The notes under the pieces were generated by a model. The model saw only the letters and a program-made list of their open reading frames with translations, ran no database searches and was not told the origin of the DNA. Below, in pieces: positions 47,748 to 57,261 of a DNA stretch of 64,000 nt. The stretch's first letter is position 1, and each line of letters begins with the position of its first letter. Source of the stretch: a virus. The stretch is from positions 45,847 to 109,846 of the IMG/VR virus record IMGVR_UViG_3300045303_000182; one strand, written 5' to 3'. A program made the position numbers and the translations under genes.

Positions 47748-48077
47748 CTACTCCCCTACGTGGACCGTCACCTTGCGAACTGTGTCAGTGAGAGCCTGGA
47801 ACGCTTCCACACTCCGCGCTGGCACTTCGGGGCCGACTGTAGCCGTAAGAGACACACCGGACTGATTCTTGATCTCGACGGTGTCACCCTCGTAGAAGGC
47901 GTCAGCCTCAAGTAGCTCGTTGAGGACGTGGGCCATGAAGTCAGCCCCCATCCGGCTGCCGTCATCGCAGAGCGCTCCGACCCACAAGTTGATAGGAGCG
48001 TCCACGGAGTAGACCCACGCCTCCTGCTTGCCCTCGGGGTCGAACACGCCAATCAGCACTACCTCGTTGTGGTTCAT
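47748..48077 (-). CDS. Hypothetical protein
   Basis: ATGA overlap with the deaminase gene. Confidence 0.55.
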   Translation of the reverse strand: MNHNEVVLIGVFDPEGKQEAWVYSVDAPINLWVGALCDDGSRMGADFMAHVLNELLEADAFYEGDTVEIKNQSGVSLTATVGPEVPARSVEAFQALTDTVRKVTVHVGE

Positions 48078-48478
48078 CGGTACACCACCCGCGTGATCCC
48101 TGCGCCCTGGATCAGCACCGAGCAACCGTGGCACGGCTCCCCGGTCACGTAGATCGTCTTGCCACGCGTCTCACGGCCCGCTCGCATGATCGCGTTGGCC
48201 TCGGCGTGGACAGCGTCACAGCGGCCCGGACCATGGCTGTAGGGAGCCAGCGACGGCACCTCCTCCTTGGAGAGCAGGCCGCGCGAGCAGTCACCGGCCA
48301 GGCACGACCCGGCGTTGGACGCCAACCCGTTGTAGCCGAGGGAGACGATGTCCTTCGTCTCCTCATCGAAGATGATCGCAGCGTGCCTCGCACGACGGCA
48401 GTCGGACCGTGAGTCAGCCAACAGCCGCGCCATCGCCAGCAGCGTCTCGTCCCAGGAAGCGCGAACGTGCTCAGTCAC
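48074..48478 (-). CDS. dCMP deaminase (ComEB-like)
   Basis: GYNG, HAEANAI, PCHGC. Confidence 0.9.
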   Translation of the reverse strand: MTEHVRASWDETLLAMARLLADSRSDCRRARHAAIIFDEETKDIVSLGYNGLASNAGSCLAGDCSRGLLSKEEVPSLAPYSHGPGRCDAVHAEANAIMRAGRETRGKTIYVTGEPCHGCSVLIQGAGITRVVYR

Positions 48479-48732
48479 TCGATGCCTTCCAGGACAGCGA
48501 CGCGCTCGATCAGGTTCTCGCTGTGGGCCACGTACAGCGTCACCGTGGGGTCGATGCGCTCCATGAAGTCAGCCAGCAGGCCAGCGATGAGCGCGATGTC
48601 GGCTCGTAGCTGCCCCTGCTGACCGATGTCACCGTGGGAGATGTCCTCGTCCAGGACTTCCATCTCCAGTTCGGACGCTTTGGCACGCAACAGGCGCACC
48701 GCGCGCTCGGGATCCAGCTTCTCAGTTGTCAT
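48475..48732 (-). CDS. Hypothetical protein
   Basis: TAGCTT-N7-ATG leaderless-type start. Confidence 0.6.
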   Translation of the reverse strand: MTTEKLDPERAVRLLRAKASELEMEVLDEDISHGDIGQQGQLRADIALIAGLLADFMERIDPTVTLYVAHSENLIERVAVLEGIE

Positions 48733-48742
48733 GTGATAGAAG

Positions 48743-49336
48743 CTAGCAGGAGCAGGAGAAGTAGGACGGCCTCCGTCCGCGTGGAAACGAGGCCCCTGCG
48801 TAGATCTCCATGTGGTCCCACATCAGGTCGGGGATCGAGCCGCTGGCGTCCTCGCCGTGGATGACGACGTACTCGTCGCCATCGTTGCCCTGGCTGACAC
48901 AGTCGCGAACCAACTGTTCGAACTCGATGTCCATGTCGCGGGCGAAGTTCCGCAGCCAATCCTCGCTGGCCCGCACGTTGGGGCCGATCAGGAGGTCGGT
49001 CGTCTCTCCCGAGGGCGGGAAGGCCGGGTGCTCCCACACATGGCGCAGGCTGGTGATCTCGCGGGGGTAGACGATCAGCCAGAAGCGCGCGTCGGGCTGC
49101 ACCGGCTGCCGCAGGAACGGATCCACGATGCCCACGCTGTTGACCCCGACAGCGCCGCGGTAGGCCAGACCGTCATCAGGGTCCAACTGGACGTGCTGAC
49201 CGGGCTGCAGGAGCTCACCAGCCTCGATCGGGTACACGGCGAGGTGGATTGCGTCCCGCTTCTCCTCCGGGCCGATGATCGAGCCGAGGGTGTCGAGGGC
49301 GTCTGTGTGGACAGTTGGTCGGGCGTCTTGCGTCAT
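48743..49336 (-). CDS. Conserved phage hypothetical protein
   Basis: RDAIHLAV, GIVDPFL, ITSLRHVWEHPAF, C-terminal FSCSC; TAGCTT-N7-ATG. Confidence 0.7.
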   Translation of the reverse strand: MTQDARPTVHTDALDTLGSIIGPEEKRDAIHLAVYPIEAGELLQPGQHVQLDPDDGLAYRGAVGVNSVGIVDPFLRQPVQPDARFWLIVYPREITSLRHVWEHPAFPPSGETTDLLIGPNVRASEDWLRNFARDMDIEFEQLVRDCVSQGNDGDEYVVIHGEDASGSIPDLMWDHMEIYAGASFPRGRRPSYFSCSC

Positions 49337-49511
49337 GACTCAGAAGCTAGCGAAATCCCTAAGCGATCCGAGCAGCATTTGCCGGCGCTCGAGGGATCCG
49401 CCGGCGTGGGATCCCCCTTCTGCCCATATCGCCATATCAGCCGCACCTCCAACACGGCTCCCCCGCCTACATGCCGCCTCAACTACCCGCGTTGGGGTGG
49501 TGACGCGAAGA

Positions 49512-49534
49512 AGCCCCCGCCGTAGCGGGGGCCT
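49512..49534. terminator. GC-rich hairpin downstream of the 49550 ORF
   Basis: GCCCCCGC-CGTA-GCGGGGGC. Confidence 0.55.
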
Positions 49535-49549
49535 CTCGCCTGAGGACGG

Positions 49550-49993
49550 TCAGGCCGGTGTGGCGACGTGGCGCGTCGGCGCTGTCCGCGTCGCCCGATG
49601 AAGAGCCGTCTTGCCCTTCCCCGAGCGCTTGTTCGAACCCGGCTTCACGCCCGCACGCGCTCCCAGCTTGCGCGAGGCCGGTGGCGGCGTCAACTTCACC
49701 TTGTACCCGCACGGGAACGCCCCCTGCACGTCGAACTCCTTGATCAGCGCACGGTCGTTCTTGCTCAGGTCGTAACGCACCACCGTGTCGGGATCGTTGG
49801 AGAAGGTGACGTACACCTTCGACGCTCCGACCGACACCGTGGCGACGCCCTTGCTGCGCCGCATCGACTCAGCAATGGCGCAGTGCGCCGGATCCGTGGG
49901 GATCGCCCTGCTCACGTCGGCCGCCGTGATCTCCGTGGACAGGTTGCGGGTGGCGTCCTTGACGGTCACCCCGTTCATCTTGATGGCTGGCAT
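49550..49993 (-). CDS. Basic hypothetical protein
   Basis: AGGAG RBS before MPAIK. Confidence 0.6.
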   Translation of the reverse strand: MPAIKMNGVTVKDATRNLSTEITAADVSRAIPTDPAHCAIAESMRRSKGVATVSVGASKVYVTFSNDPDTVVRYDLSKNDRALIKEFDVQGAFPCGYKVKLTPPPASRKLGARAGVKPGSNKRSGKGKTALHRATRTAPTRHVATPA

Positions 49994-50166
49994 GCTTGCT
50001 CCTACTCGTTGTAGTGGACTCCGAGAGCGCACCCTACATGATGTGTCACGTCGAGCGCAACGCCTGCTCAGAGGAGCCATCCATGGCCTCCACGCACGGA
50101 TACGCGGATACCCGCTTATCACTGCTTCATAGGTCCGTATGGGACTCGCTACTACTCTCTGGCGCG

Positions 50167-50601
50167 ATGAGACGCCCCCTGCTGCTCGCCGTTGCGGCCC
50201 TGCTCCTGGCCGGTTGCGACCTCGACTACCCCGCCCTCGGCCTCTACCGCGATGTCACCCCCGGAGGCCAGGAGCAGATCGACCAAGGCTTCGTTGTCGA
50301 TGTCATCACCCCCGTCGATCTCCCCGGCATCTGGCTCGCCGCCCATCGCTCCAGCCACGGCTCGAGTTTCGCCAACCTCGTCAATGCCCGCGTCGGTGAC
50401 CAACTGACCTACGGCGGTGTCAACTACGTCGTCGTCCGCACCGCCATCGTCAACGATGCCTGGACCCCGCGTTACCTCGGCCCTCTCGTCCTGCAGACCT
50501 CCTTGCCGGGAGACGACAACCTCCTCGTCATCTGCGAACCGGCCGGCGCACCACCCCCCGGCACCGCAACCGCCTCCCTCCGCGCCGTCCGACTCCCGTG
50601 A
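50167..50601 (+). CDS. Sortase-fold lipoprotein with non-canonical active site
   Basis: LAGC lipobox; LAAHR...F.NL...VGD...Y.V...LVLQTS (canonical LxTC). Confidence 0.65.
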   Translation: MRRPLLLAVAALLLAGCDLDYPALGLYRDVTPGGQEQIDQGFVVDVITPVDLPGIWLAAHRSSHGSSFANLVNARVGDQLTYGGVNYVVVRTAIVNDAWTPRYLGPLVLQTSLPGDDNLLVICEPAGAPPPGTATASLRAVRLP

Positions 50602-50828
50602 GGCCCGAAGAGCGCCACGACCTCTACGTCCTGATCATCGGCCTGGTGCTGACGATCGCCCTCGGAGCCGCCGCAGCCCGCTGGATCCCTTAGCGATACC
50701 GCACTACCCAACCCGCACTACGGCCCTATAGGGATGCGGAGTTGCTAATCGCTACCCAACGAGCGCAACCACCAACACGCACAGCAAGCCGGTGACGGCT
50801 GCGAAGATCAACGCCTTCGACTCGTCGC

Positions 50829-51029
50829 TCATCGTCGGTTCGGCCAGTTGTCGGAGACGCCCTGATCCTTGCGGTAGCGCTGTGGCCCCCGCATCATGCT
50901 GTCCGGTTGGACGCCCTGGCGTCCCAACTCTTGCCGGATCGCTGCCTGGAGTAGTGGGCTGAGGCTCAGCCCGTACGCCTCAACGAGGTCATCGAGCTCA
51001 GCCGGTAGGTAAACGGTGCGTTGTGCCAT
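50829..51029 (-). CDS. Ribbon-helix-helix DNA-binding protein (CcdA-like)
   Basis: RTVYLPAEL...GLSLSPLLQAAIRQEL. Confidence 0.7.
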   Translation of the reverse strand: MAQRTVYLPAELDDLVEAYGLSLSPLLQAAIRQELGRQGVQPDSMMRGPQRYRKDQGVSDNWPNRR

Positions 51030-51050
51030 ATACGTACATTAGTACGTATA
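51029..51050. promoter_or_regulatory. Inverted-repeat operator over the RHH gene promoter
   Basis: TATACGTAC-ATTA-GTACGTATA overlapping the -10 region; TTGACG upstream on the minus strand. Confidence 0.6.
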
Positions 51051-51228
51051 CCCCCGGCATCGTCAAGCCCTTAGAGACTATGACAGTTTGCAGCGATAAC
51101 CGGTGTTCACCAGGCACGATGGCGACACCTCGAGCAGATAATGCCTGGTCAGAGCGTTCTGCACTACGGCCGAAACTCCCACGGTCCAACACCCACCGCC
51201 GTTCCCTCGGCCGGCCGGAGGCCGGTCC

Positions 51229-51411
51229 GTAACTTAATAGGCGGCTATCGCCGGCCTATTAGTTACTAATGCGGGCATGCCATAGCCGCCTATAGGCGGC
51301 TATTGTTGCTAGCAAGTCGTGCTCATAGTTGAGCTCGACCAGGGCATATGCACGGCTATTGCCGTGCATAAGCACGACCAGTTGCCAACGATAGACGGCT
51401 ATTGCCGTCTA
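51229..51411. repeat. Hairpin/palindrome array with CGGCTAT cores
   Basis: Hairpin 51229-51266; 22-bp palindrome 51282-51303; stems with TATT loops at 51347-51370 and 51392-51411. Confidence 0.8.
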
Positions 51412-51671
51412 CGTGCCGAGGGATACAGGTGCTCGAGGCGTTCGCTAGTAGCTACGAGCTATCAACTCGGAGCGTTATCGATGAGTCATTGTCTGCATTC
51501 ACTCATGAGCTCGGTGACTGATATGGGCATGGGTGGCTCTCACCGGCCGCAATAGGGCGCGCCGTTGGTATCGGCATATGGGGTGATGAGCACTCAGTAC
51601 GCATGGGACACGGCGCTAACGCCATGGGCCGAGCATGGGCTGACCATGGGCCGAACGAGTACGGTCGTGGG

Positions 51672-52814
51672 ATGTTGACGGTGGACCTCTTCGGAGGCGC
51701 AGGTGGTGCAGCCCTTGGGCTGGAGAGGCTTGGACTCAGGCCGTGGTCGTACGAGATCGTGGGGGACTGTGTTCAGACTCTGCGCCGAGCCGGTCACCGC
51801 GCCGTGCAGTGCGACCTGAGCACGTACGCATGGGACGAGGGGTGGCGTGGTGAGGTTGGGGTGCTGCATGGGTCGCCGCCTTGCCAGCCGTGGAGCGCGA
51901 GCGGATCGGGCCGTGGTGCTGCTGACCCACGCGATGGCATGCCGCACATGCTGCGAGCGGTGGAGGCGTTGGAGCCGTGGCTGGTGACCGTGGAGAACGT
52001 GGAGGGGCTGACGTACGCCAAGCACCGGCCGTACCTCGACTGGTTCGTGGAGTCGCTGCGAGCGCTGCGCTACATCGTGGAGTGGCGGGTGCTCAACACG
52101 GCCAACTACGGGGTGCCGCAGACGCGCAAGCGGCTCATCATCGTGGGGCGCATCGGTGGCAGTGTGCGATGGCCCGCACCGACGCACGCCAAGCAGAACG
52201 CCGGCAACGCGCGGACGTGGAAGCCAGGCGACCCCGACGTGCTGCCGCCCGTACTGCTGCCGTGGGTGAGCATGGCCGAGGCGCTCGGTTGGGGGATGAC
52301 CACGAAGCCGATGCTGACGATCGCCTCGGCGCGGACGACCGGTGGCCCTGATGCCCAGGGCGTCGGCGGTAGCCGTGCTCGGGCGGTCCTCGAGGCCGAG
52401 CTAGTCGCCGGTCGGTGGGTGCTGAACACGGGCAACGATTGGAAGCCGGGACAGGATCGGCGCACCGCGCAGAAGCGCTCGCTGCTACGACCGGCACCGA
52501 GTCTCACTGGCAAGTCGGGCGGGCACTGGGTGCTCGACCGACCAGCGACCACGGTGCAGAACGACACACGCGTGCACCCGCCTGGACACCGAGCGAACGC
52601 CGACTACGACGGCCACCCACGGCGCGGCCCGGACGCGTACCGGCTGAGCGTGGCCGAGCTAGCGCGGCTGCAGGACTTCCCCGACGGCTACCCGTTCGTT
52701 GGCACGAAGACGAGCCAGGTGAGGCAGATCGGCAACGCCCTCCCGGCCACCCTGCTGCAGGCGGTAGTGGGAGCGAACCTGTGGCCCCCGCATTGGCCCG
52801 TAGAAGAGCCGTAG
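51672..52814 (+). CDS. dcm: DNA (cytosine-5) methyltransferase
   Basis: LFGGAGG, SPPCQ, ENV, QTRKR, RLQDFP, QIGNA; TACGGT-N6-ATG start. Confidence 0.93.
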   Translation: MLTVDLFGGAGGAALGLERLGLRPWSYEIVGDCVQTLRRAGHRAVQCDLSTYAWDEGWRGEVGVLHGSPPCQPWSASGSGRGAADPRDGMPHMLRAVEALEPWLVTVENVEGLTYAKHRPYLDWFVESLRALRYIVEWRVLNTANYGVPQTRKRLIIVGRIGGSVRWPAPTHAKQNAGNARTWKPGDPDVLPPVLLPWVSMAEALGWGMTTKPMLTIASARTTGGPDAQGVGGSRARAVLEAELVAGRWVLNTGNDWKPGQDRRTAQKRSLLRPAPSLTGKSGGHWVLDRPATTVQNDTRVHPPGHRANADYDGHPRRGPDAYRLSVAELARLQDFPDGYPFVGTKTSQVRQIGNALPATLLQAVVGANLWPPHWPVEEP

Positions 52815-52905
52815 AGGCCCGTATCGGCATACGGGCAGCACTTGCGTTGCTAGCAACTGCGAGGCGCTTAGAACGCCACACAGCGCCTGGGCCGAGACGC
52901 GAAGA

Positions 52906-52929
52906 AGCCCGCCCCGAAGGGCGGGCCTC
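52906..52929. terminator. Hairpin between the convergent methyltransferase and helicase genes
   Basis: GCCCGCCC-CGAA-GGGCGGGC. Confidence 0.6.
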
Positions 52930-52980
52930 ATCACTGCGGAAGGTGAGTCTCGACGGGGCGCTACCACACGCCCCGGAGCC

Positions 52981-54687
52981 TCACCACCCGCCGACGTGGT
53001 GGCGCTTGCTGGGCACCCACTCCATCAGTGCCTCGTACTGCACCGACTCTTCGCTCATCGTCACCGGGCGACCGGCGTTCACCGCGTCGCACACGGCAGC
53101 CTTGCGCTCTAGGACGACCCAGCCAGCCGCGTCGAACGTCGCGTCGCCGTCGCTGTAGTGGGCCTGCAGGACGTGCCACGTCACGCGCTCACCGGCAGCG
53201 GCGCGGGCCTTGGTGATGTCATCGACGCGCAGGTTGCGACCGGCCGTCTGAGCAAGGTCGCCCGCCGACCACGGCACCTGCACGTACACCGCGTCCGAGG
53301 CTGCGGTGAGCGTGACGGCCATGCCCGCCGCCTTGACCTGCGCGAGGCACACCTGCGCGTCACCGGCCTGGAACTCTGCGATGGCGTCGGTGCGATCGTC
53401 GCCGGTCACCGAGCCGTTGATCGACACGATGCTGATGCCACGGCCGAGCAGGGCCAGGCTCAGCTTCGTCCACACCGACTTGTGGTCGTAGAACGCGATG
53501 ACCTGCTTGCCCTCAGCGACGAGGTCAGCGATGTAGTCGGCGGCGTACTCGGCCTTGGCGACGCCCGCCTCTTCGCGGAGCATGCCCATCTGGACGACGG
53601 CCTGCGCGCGGCTGACCTTGTCGGCCCACACCGCGCCGCGCTCTTCGGCGCACAGGTTGTAGAAGTCCTTCTCGACCCGCTGGTACCGGCGCATGATGCT
53701 GTCGGGCAGCGTGGCCGGGACGATCGTCCAGCCGCTGTGGGGCAGCACGCCCTCGCCCAGGTCGGCCTTCTCGCGGCGCACGTAGGCCGTGCGGCGCAGG
53801 CAGTCGTGCAGCACCAGCGCGGTGGCCGTGTCGATGCCGGTGAACTTCGTGAACGTGCGCCCGCCCTTGGCACGGCCCTGGACCGGGGCGCAGTAGCGCC
53901 ACTTGTAGCTCGCCAGGCTCGACGCGCCAGGCGTGACGGCCTTGACGAGCGCCTCGCCGCCGACGATCTGCAGCGGGATGAACGCCTCGATCGGGCGGTT
54001 GGTGAGCAGGGTGCCGGTGGCACCGACGATCGGCGTGCCGACCGAGCGGCACCATGCGCCGACGGCGAGCATGACCTTGCTGCGGCCGGTCGGCTTGTCG
54101 CCGTTGCCCTTGTCGCGGTGAATCTCGTCGCGAGCGATCAGCGACGCGGTCTGCACCCAGGCGCTGGCGACGTGGTGCTTCTTGCCGTTGGCACCGACGA
54201 CCTCGTCGGTCAGCCAGGTGCTCATCGTGCGGCTGTCGTCGCTGATGAAGAACACGTCGGCGTCGGGCAGCGGGAGACGCTTGTGGCCCTTGACGATGCA
54301 CAGGCGCAGGTTGGGGAAGCACGCCGCCAACTCGGTGATGTAGCCACCCTCGGCCACCGGAGGGGCGACGATGATGGCGGGGCGACCGGTGGCCGCGATG
54401 CGCTCGGCGGCGAGCGCGAGCAGCACGGCCGTCTTGCCGAGGCCCATGTCGTCACCGACGAGGCAGCCGCCCCAGCGGGCGATCGACGCCTGGGCGTACA
54501 GGTAGGCGCTCGCCTGCCAGGGGTGGAAGGGGCGAGCGAGGCCGGGGATGACGACCGGCGCAGCCGGGGCGAGCGCCTTGCTGGCGGCGAGCCAGGCATC
54601 GTCACCGAGGCCGTGGAACGCCACGACGGGCGTAACGGGCGCAGCGGCCGCAGCGGCTGCGAGTGTGGGGTCAAACAGGTTGGTCAT
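52981..54687 (-). CDS. SNF2-family helicase/ATPase
   Basis: GDDMGLGKT, DEIH, ATGT, AAGMAVTLTAA, QTAGR. Confidence 0.88.
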   Translation of the reverse strand: MTNLFDPTLAAAAAAAPVTPVVAFHGLGDDAWLAASKALAPAAPVVIPGLARPFHPWQASAYLYAQASIARWGGCLVGDDMGLGKTAVLLALAAERIAATGRPAIIVAPPVAEGGYITELAACFPNLRLCIVKGHKRLPLPDADVFFISDDSRTMSTWLTDEVVGANGKKHHVASAWVQTASLIARDEIHRDKGNGDKPTGRSKVMLAVGAWCRSVGTPIVGATGTLLTNRPIEAFIPLQIVGGEALVKAVTPGASSLASYKWRYCAPVQGRAKGGRTFTKFTGIDTATALVLHDCLRRTAYVRREKADLGEGVLPHSGWTIVPATLPDSIMRRYQRVEKDFYNLCAEERGAVWADKVSRAQAVVQMGMLREEAGVAKAEYAADYIADLVAEGKQVIAFYDHKSVWTKLSLALLGRGISIVSINGSVTGDDRTDAIAEFQAGDAQVCLAQVKAAGMAVTLTAASDAVYVQVPWSAGDLAQTAGRNLRVDDITKARAAAGERVTWHVLQAHYSDGDATFDAAGWVVLERKAAVCDAVNAGRPVTMSEESVQYEALMEWVPSKRHHVGGW

Positions 54688-54739
54688 GGGATTCTCCGTC
54701 GAGTGGTAGGTGAACGGGTGAGAGGTCAGGATACAGGCG

Positions 54740-54760
54740 TGCTAGCAGAAACCAACACGC
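54740..54760 (-). promoter_or_regulatory. Conserved promoter/operator GCGTGTTGGTTTCTGCTAGCA (copy 1)
   Basis: Followed 6 nt later by TATCCT, upstream of the helicase. Confidence 0.8.
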
Positions 54761-54815
54761 CCGGCGATACCGGGGTATGAGATTGGCCCATACCCCGGTA
54801 CCGGGCGTTGATGAC

Positions 54816-55682
54816 TCACCAAGCCTTGGTGCTGCAGACCGGGCCGATGCCCTGCTTGCGCCACTCGCTGGTGAGGGTGATGCCGCACCGGCCGCACACG
54901 CCCAACTCCTTGCCGTACAGCACGGTGGCTGCCTGCGGGTCGAGGGCGATGGCGGCGAGGATGGCCTCGCGGCTCGCACGGTTGCGGATGGGGAACAGGT
55001 CGTCGGACGCCTGCGCCGAGACGAACACGAAGCCCTCCCACTTGCCGCCCTTCGCGCCGTGCTCGACGCGGTAGAACTTGACGATGCCGTCGTCGTCGGT
55101 GAGCGCGTAGCGGCCCTCGGCCACGGTGGGCGCAGCGACCGGCGCAGCCGCCGTCGGGGCGGGGCACTGGCCGTCGAGGTGGAACGTGTCCCAGCCCTTG
55201 CCACACGCCTTCTGAGCGATGCGACCGAGGCCCTCGGCCACCTTGCCGCCGCAGGTGACGCACTTGGCGGCGAACTTGTTCGGACGTACCGCGGCAGCCG
55301 TGGCGGGACGGTGGCGGCGAACGACGCTCAGCGCGTCGGTCAGCTTGATCGCGCAGGCGACGTTGTCATACTCGTCGGCCGTCCCGGCGAGCACGTCACC
55401 GACGTTGGCCGGGGCGTGCTGGTTGACGGCAGCGAGGTCGTCGGCCGTGAGGCCGTACGTGACCGCCTCGGCCTGGATCAGCTTGATCAGGGCCTTGGAC
55501 TGCTCGACCGTGCTCGACGCGTGCAGGGCGCACACTGTGAGCCACTGGCCGTTGTCGAGGGCGGCGAAGTCAACACCGGCCTGGGTGGCGGTGCCGCAGA
55601 AGAAGCACAGCTTGCCGCTGTACTTGGACGGGATCGCCTTCTGGAACCGGGCGAGTCCTGCGGGGGAAGTCTGAGTGGTCAT
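54816..55682 (-). CDS. DUF6011-like Zn-finger protein
   Basis: CGRCGITLT.....GIGPVC; N.FAAKC..CG. Confidence 0.7.
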   Translation of the reverse strand: MTTQTSPAGLARFQKAIPSKYSGKLCFFCGTATQAGVDFAALDNGQWLTVCALHASSTVEQSKALIKLIQAEAVTYGLTADDLAAVNQHAPANVGDVLAGTADEYDNVACAIKLTDALSVVRRHRPATAAAVRPNKFAAKCVTCGGKVAEGLGRIAQKACGKGWDTFHLDGQCPAPTAAAPVAAPTVAEGRYALTDDDGIVKFYRVEHGAKGGKWEGFVFVSAQASDDLFPIRNRASREAILAAIALDPQAATVLYGKELGVCGRCGITLTSEWRKQGIGPVCSTKAW

Positions 55683-55733
55683 GGGGTGCTCACTTTCGTG
55701 GTAGGTGACGAGCAGTTACTAGGATGCCGCGGG

Positions 55734-55752
55734 TGCTAGCAGAAACCAACGC
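55734..55752 (-). promoter_or_regulatory. Conserved promoter/operator (copy 2)
   Basis: GCGTTGGTTTCTGCTAGCA-N7-CATCCT. Confidence 0.75.
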
Positions 55753-55934
55753 GGCGCTCGGATTTCCCTGAGCTCGAGCTCATAAGCCCTGGTCACAGCC
55801 TCGAGATTGCCGGCGGCGTAGGCCCTCGGAGTTACCAGTCGGTGCGGTACATGAAGTTGAACAGGATCCAGATCGCGATGCCGAGCGCCACGAACGCGAG
55901 CACGATCGGGATCACGTCGTGGTACCACGCGTGG

Positions 55935-56102
55935 TCACCCTGGCGCGGTGGTCGTCGTCTCATCGATCGTGGGCGCGTGGGCGGGTGAGTCATCGTTCAG
56001 CAGCATCATCACCATGAGCGCGACGAGCAGGACCACGAAGCCACCGACGACGAGCACGAAGAACGATCGCAGCGTGTCGTCGTCAGCCTCGGCCGGGTCC
56101 AT
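55935..56102 (-). CDS. Small membrane protein
   Basis: One transmembrane helix; TACGGT-N7-ATG. Confidence 0.55.
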   Translation of the reverse strand: MDPAEADDDTLRSFFVLVVGGFVVLLVALMVMMLLNDDSPAHAPTIDETTTTAPG

Positions 56103-56460
56103 ATGGGCGACCGTATCCCGGTATCGGACGATGATGCCTCGGATCGCCGGCAGACCTCGAGGCGCTCCGCACGAATCGAAACGGCCCACGCGTGTGCGGA
56201 TCGCGGGTGCCCGTTTCCCCCTCGGAGGCGTGGCTGTGTGCCCCGTAGCGAGGCGCTAGCGGCGCGGACGCATCAGCACAGCACGCGCTCACAGCGAGGC
56301 TCACAGGGCCACACAGCGCCTCGGACTTGACCCCGGACGCGGCTCAGCCCCCGCTCACCGCGGGCACCCATGGGGACCGGGGAGGGGGGCTGAGTCTGAT
56401 CGTCGTGGGCCACCTACCAAGCAGCCACGACGACTGCCTGCAGCATGCCACGCGCAGGGG

Positions 56461-56634
56461 CTAGTCGAAGAACGAGCGAATCGCCTTCGCCACGATGAAG
56501 CCGGTGAGGAAGTTCTCGCCGTACCGCTTGGCACGCGGCCACAGCGGGCCACGATCGACCGCTGGCGCGGGGCGCACCGTCTCGGCGTAGAAGTCAGCGA
56601 CCTCACGCTCGGCGCGCCGATCCTGCGCGCTCAC
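56461..56634 (-). CDS. Small hypothetical protein
   Basis: GTGA overlap; last gene of the Ku operon. Confidence 0.45.
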   Translation of the reverse strand: MSAQDRRAEREVADFYAETVRPAPAVDRGPLWPRAKRYGENFLTGFIVAKAIRSFFD

Positions 56635-56756
56635 GACAGCTTCGCGATCAGGCTGGCGAGCAGCGGCTGCTCGTCGGCGCACAGCAGGCCGGGGATCGTG
56701 AACGCACTCAGCAGGCGGCGCAGTAGCTCACGCTCGGCGGGTGTCAGGTCAGGCAT
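56631..56756 (-). CDS. Small hypothetical protein
   Basis: MPDLTPAERELL...; TGATG coupling. Confidence 0.45.
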   Translation of the reverse strand: MPDLTPAERELLRRLLSAFTIPGLLCADEQPLLASLIAKLS

Positions 56757-56917
56757 CACGCCACCACCGCGGGCAGCGGGAACGACCACCCGGTGGTCGT
56801 CGCGTGGATGTCCTTGCACGCCTCGCACGTCGGCGGGCGATCGTTCATGATCACGGCCTCCCACGGCCCACCGCAGAGGGTGAGCCGTGGGGTGGCCTCG
56901 TCGTAGAAGTGAGTCAT
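56756..56917 (-). CDS. 53-aa Zn-binding protein (absent from ORF track)
   Basis: My translation MTHFY...TLCG...TCEACK; TGATG coupling on both sides. Confidence 0.5.
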   Translation of the reverse strand: MTHFYDEATPRLTLCGGPWEAVIMNDRPPTCEACKDIHATTTGWSFPLPAVVA

Positions 56918-57261
56918 CACGCCACGTCCGCGTACGAGCGGCGGCGAACGATCTTGTAGATCGAAGGCTGCGCCAGGCCAAACCGGCGACCGAGCGCCGA
57001 CTGGCTGTGCCCCTCGGCGTGCAGGCGGCGAATCTCGCGGACCTGATCGTCGGTGAGCACGCGGCCGGTGGCGACCACGTTGTTGGCGTGCGTCAGCGCA
57101 CGAATCTCGTCGGCAACGTCGGCGCGCTGCGCCTCGCCGTCGGCAATGAGGGTGGCGAGCAGGACGCGGCGCTCGGTGAGCTTCGCGTCGAGCCGCGCCC
57201 GGAGCGACGCGATGTCCGCGTCGATCCGGGCCACCCGGTCGAGGGGTGCGAGGCGGCTCAT
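56917..57261 (-). CDS. Coiled-coil plus helix-turn-helix protein
   Basis: LTDDQVREIRRL...SQSALGRRFGLAQPSIYKIV. Confidence 0.75.
   Translation of the reverse strand: MSRLAPLDRVARIDADIASLRARLDAKLTERRVLLATLIADGEAQRADVADEIRALTHANNVVATGRVLTDDQVREIRRLHAEGHSQSALGRRFGLAQPSIYKIVRRRSYADVA

Noticed and set aside
51282-51303. Protelomerase target site
   Set aside because: The palindrome is short and no protelomerase gene is in the window, so it cannot be supported.
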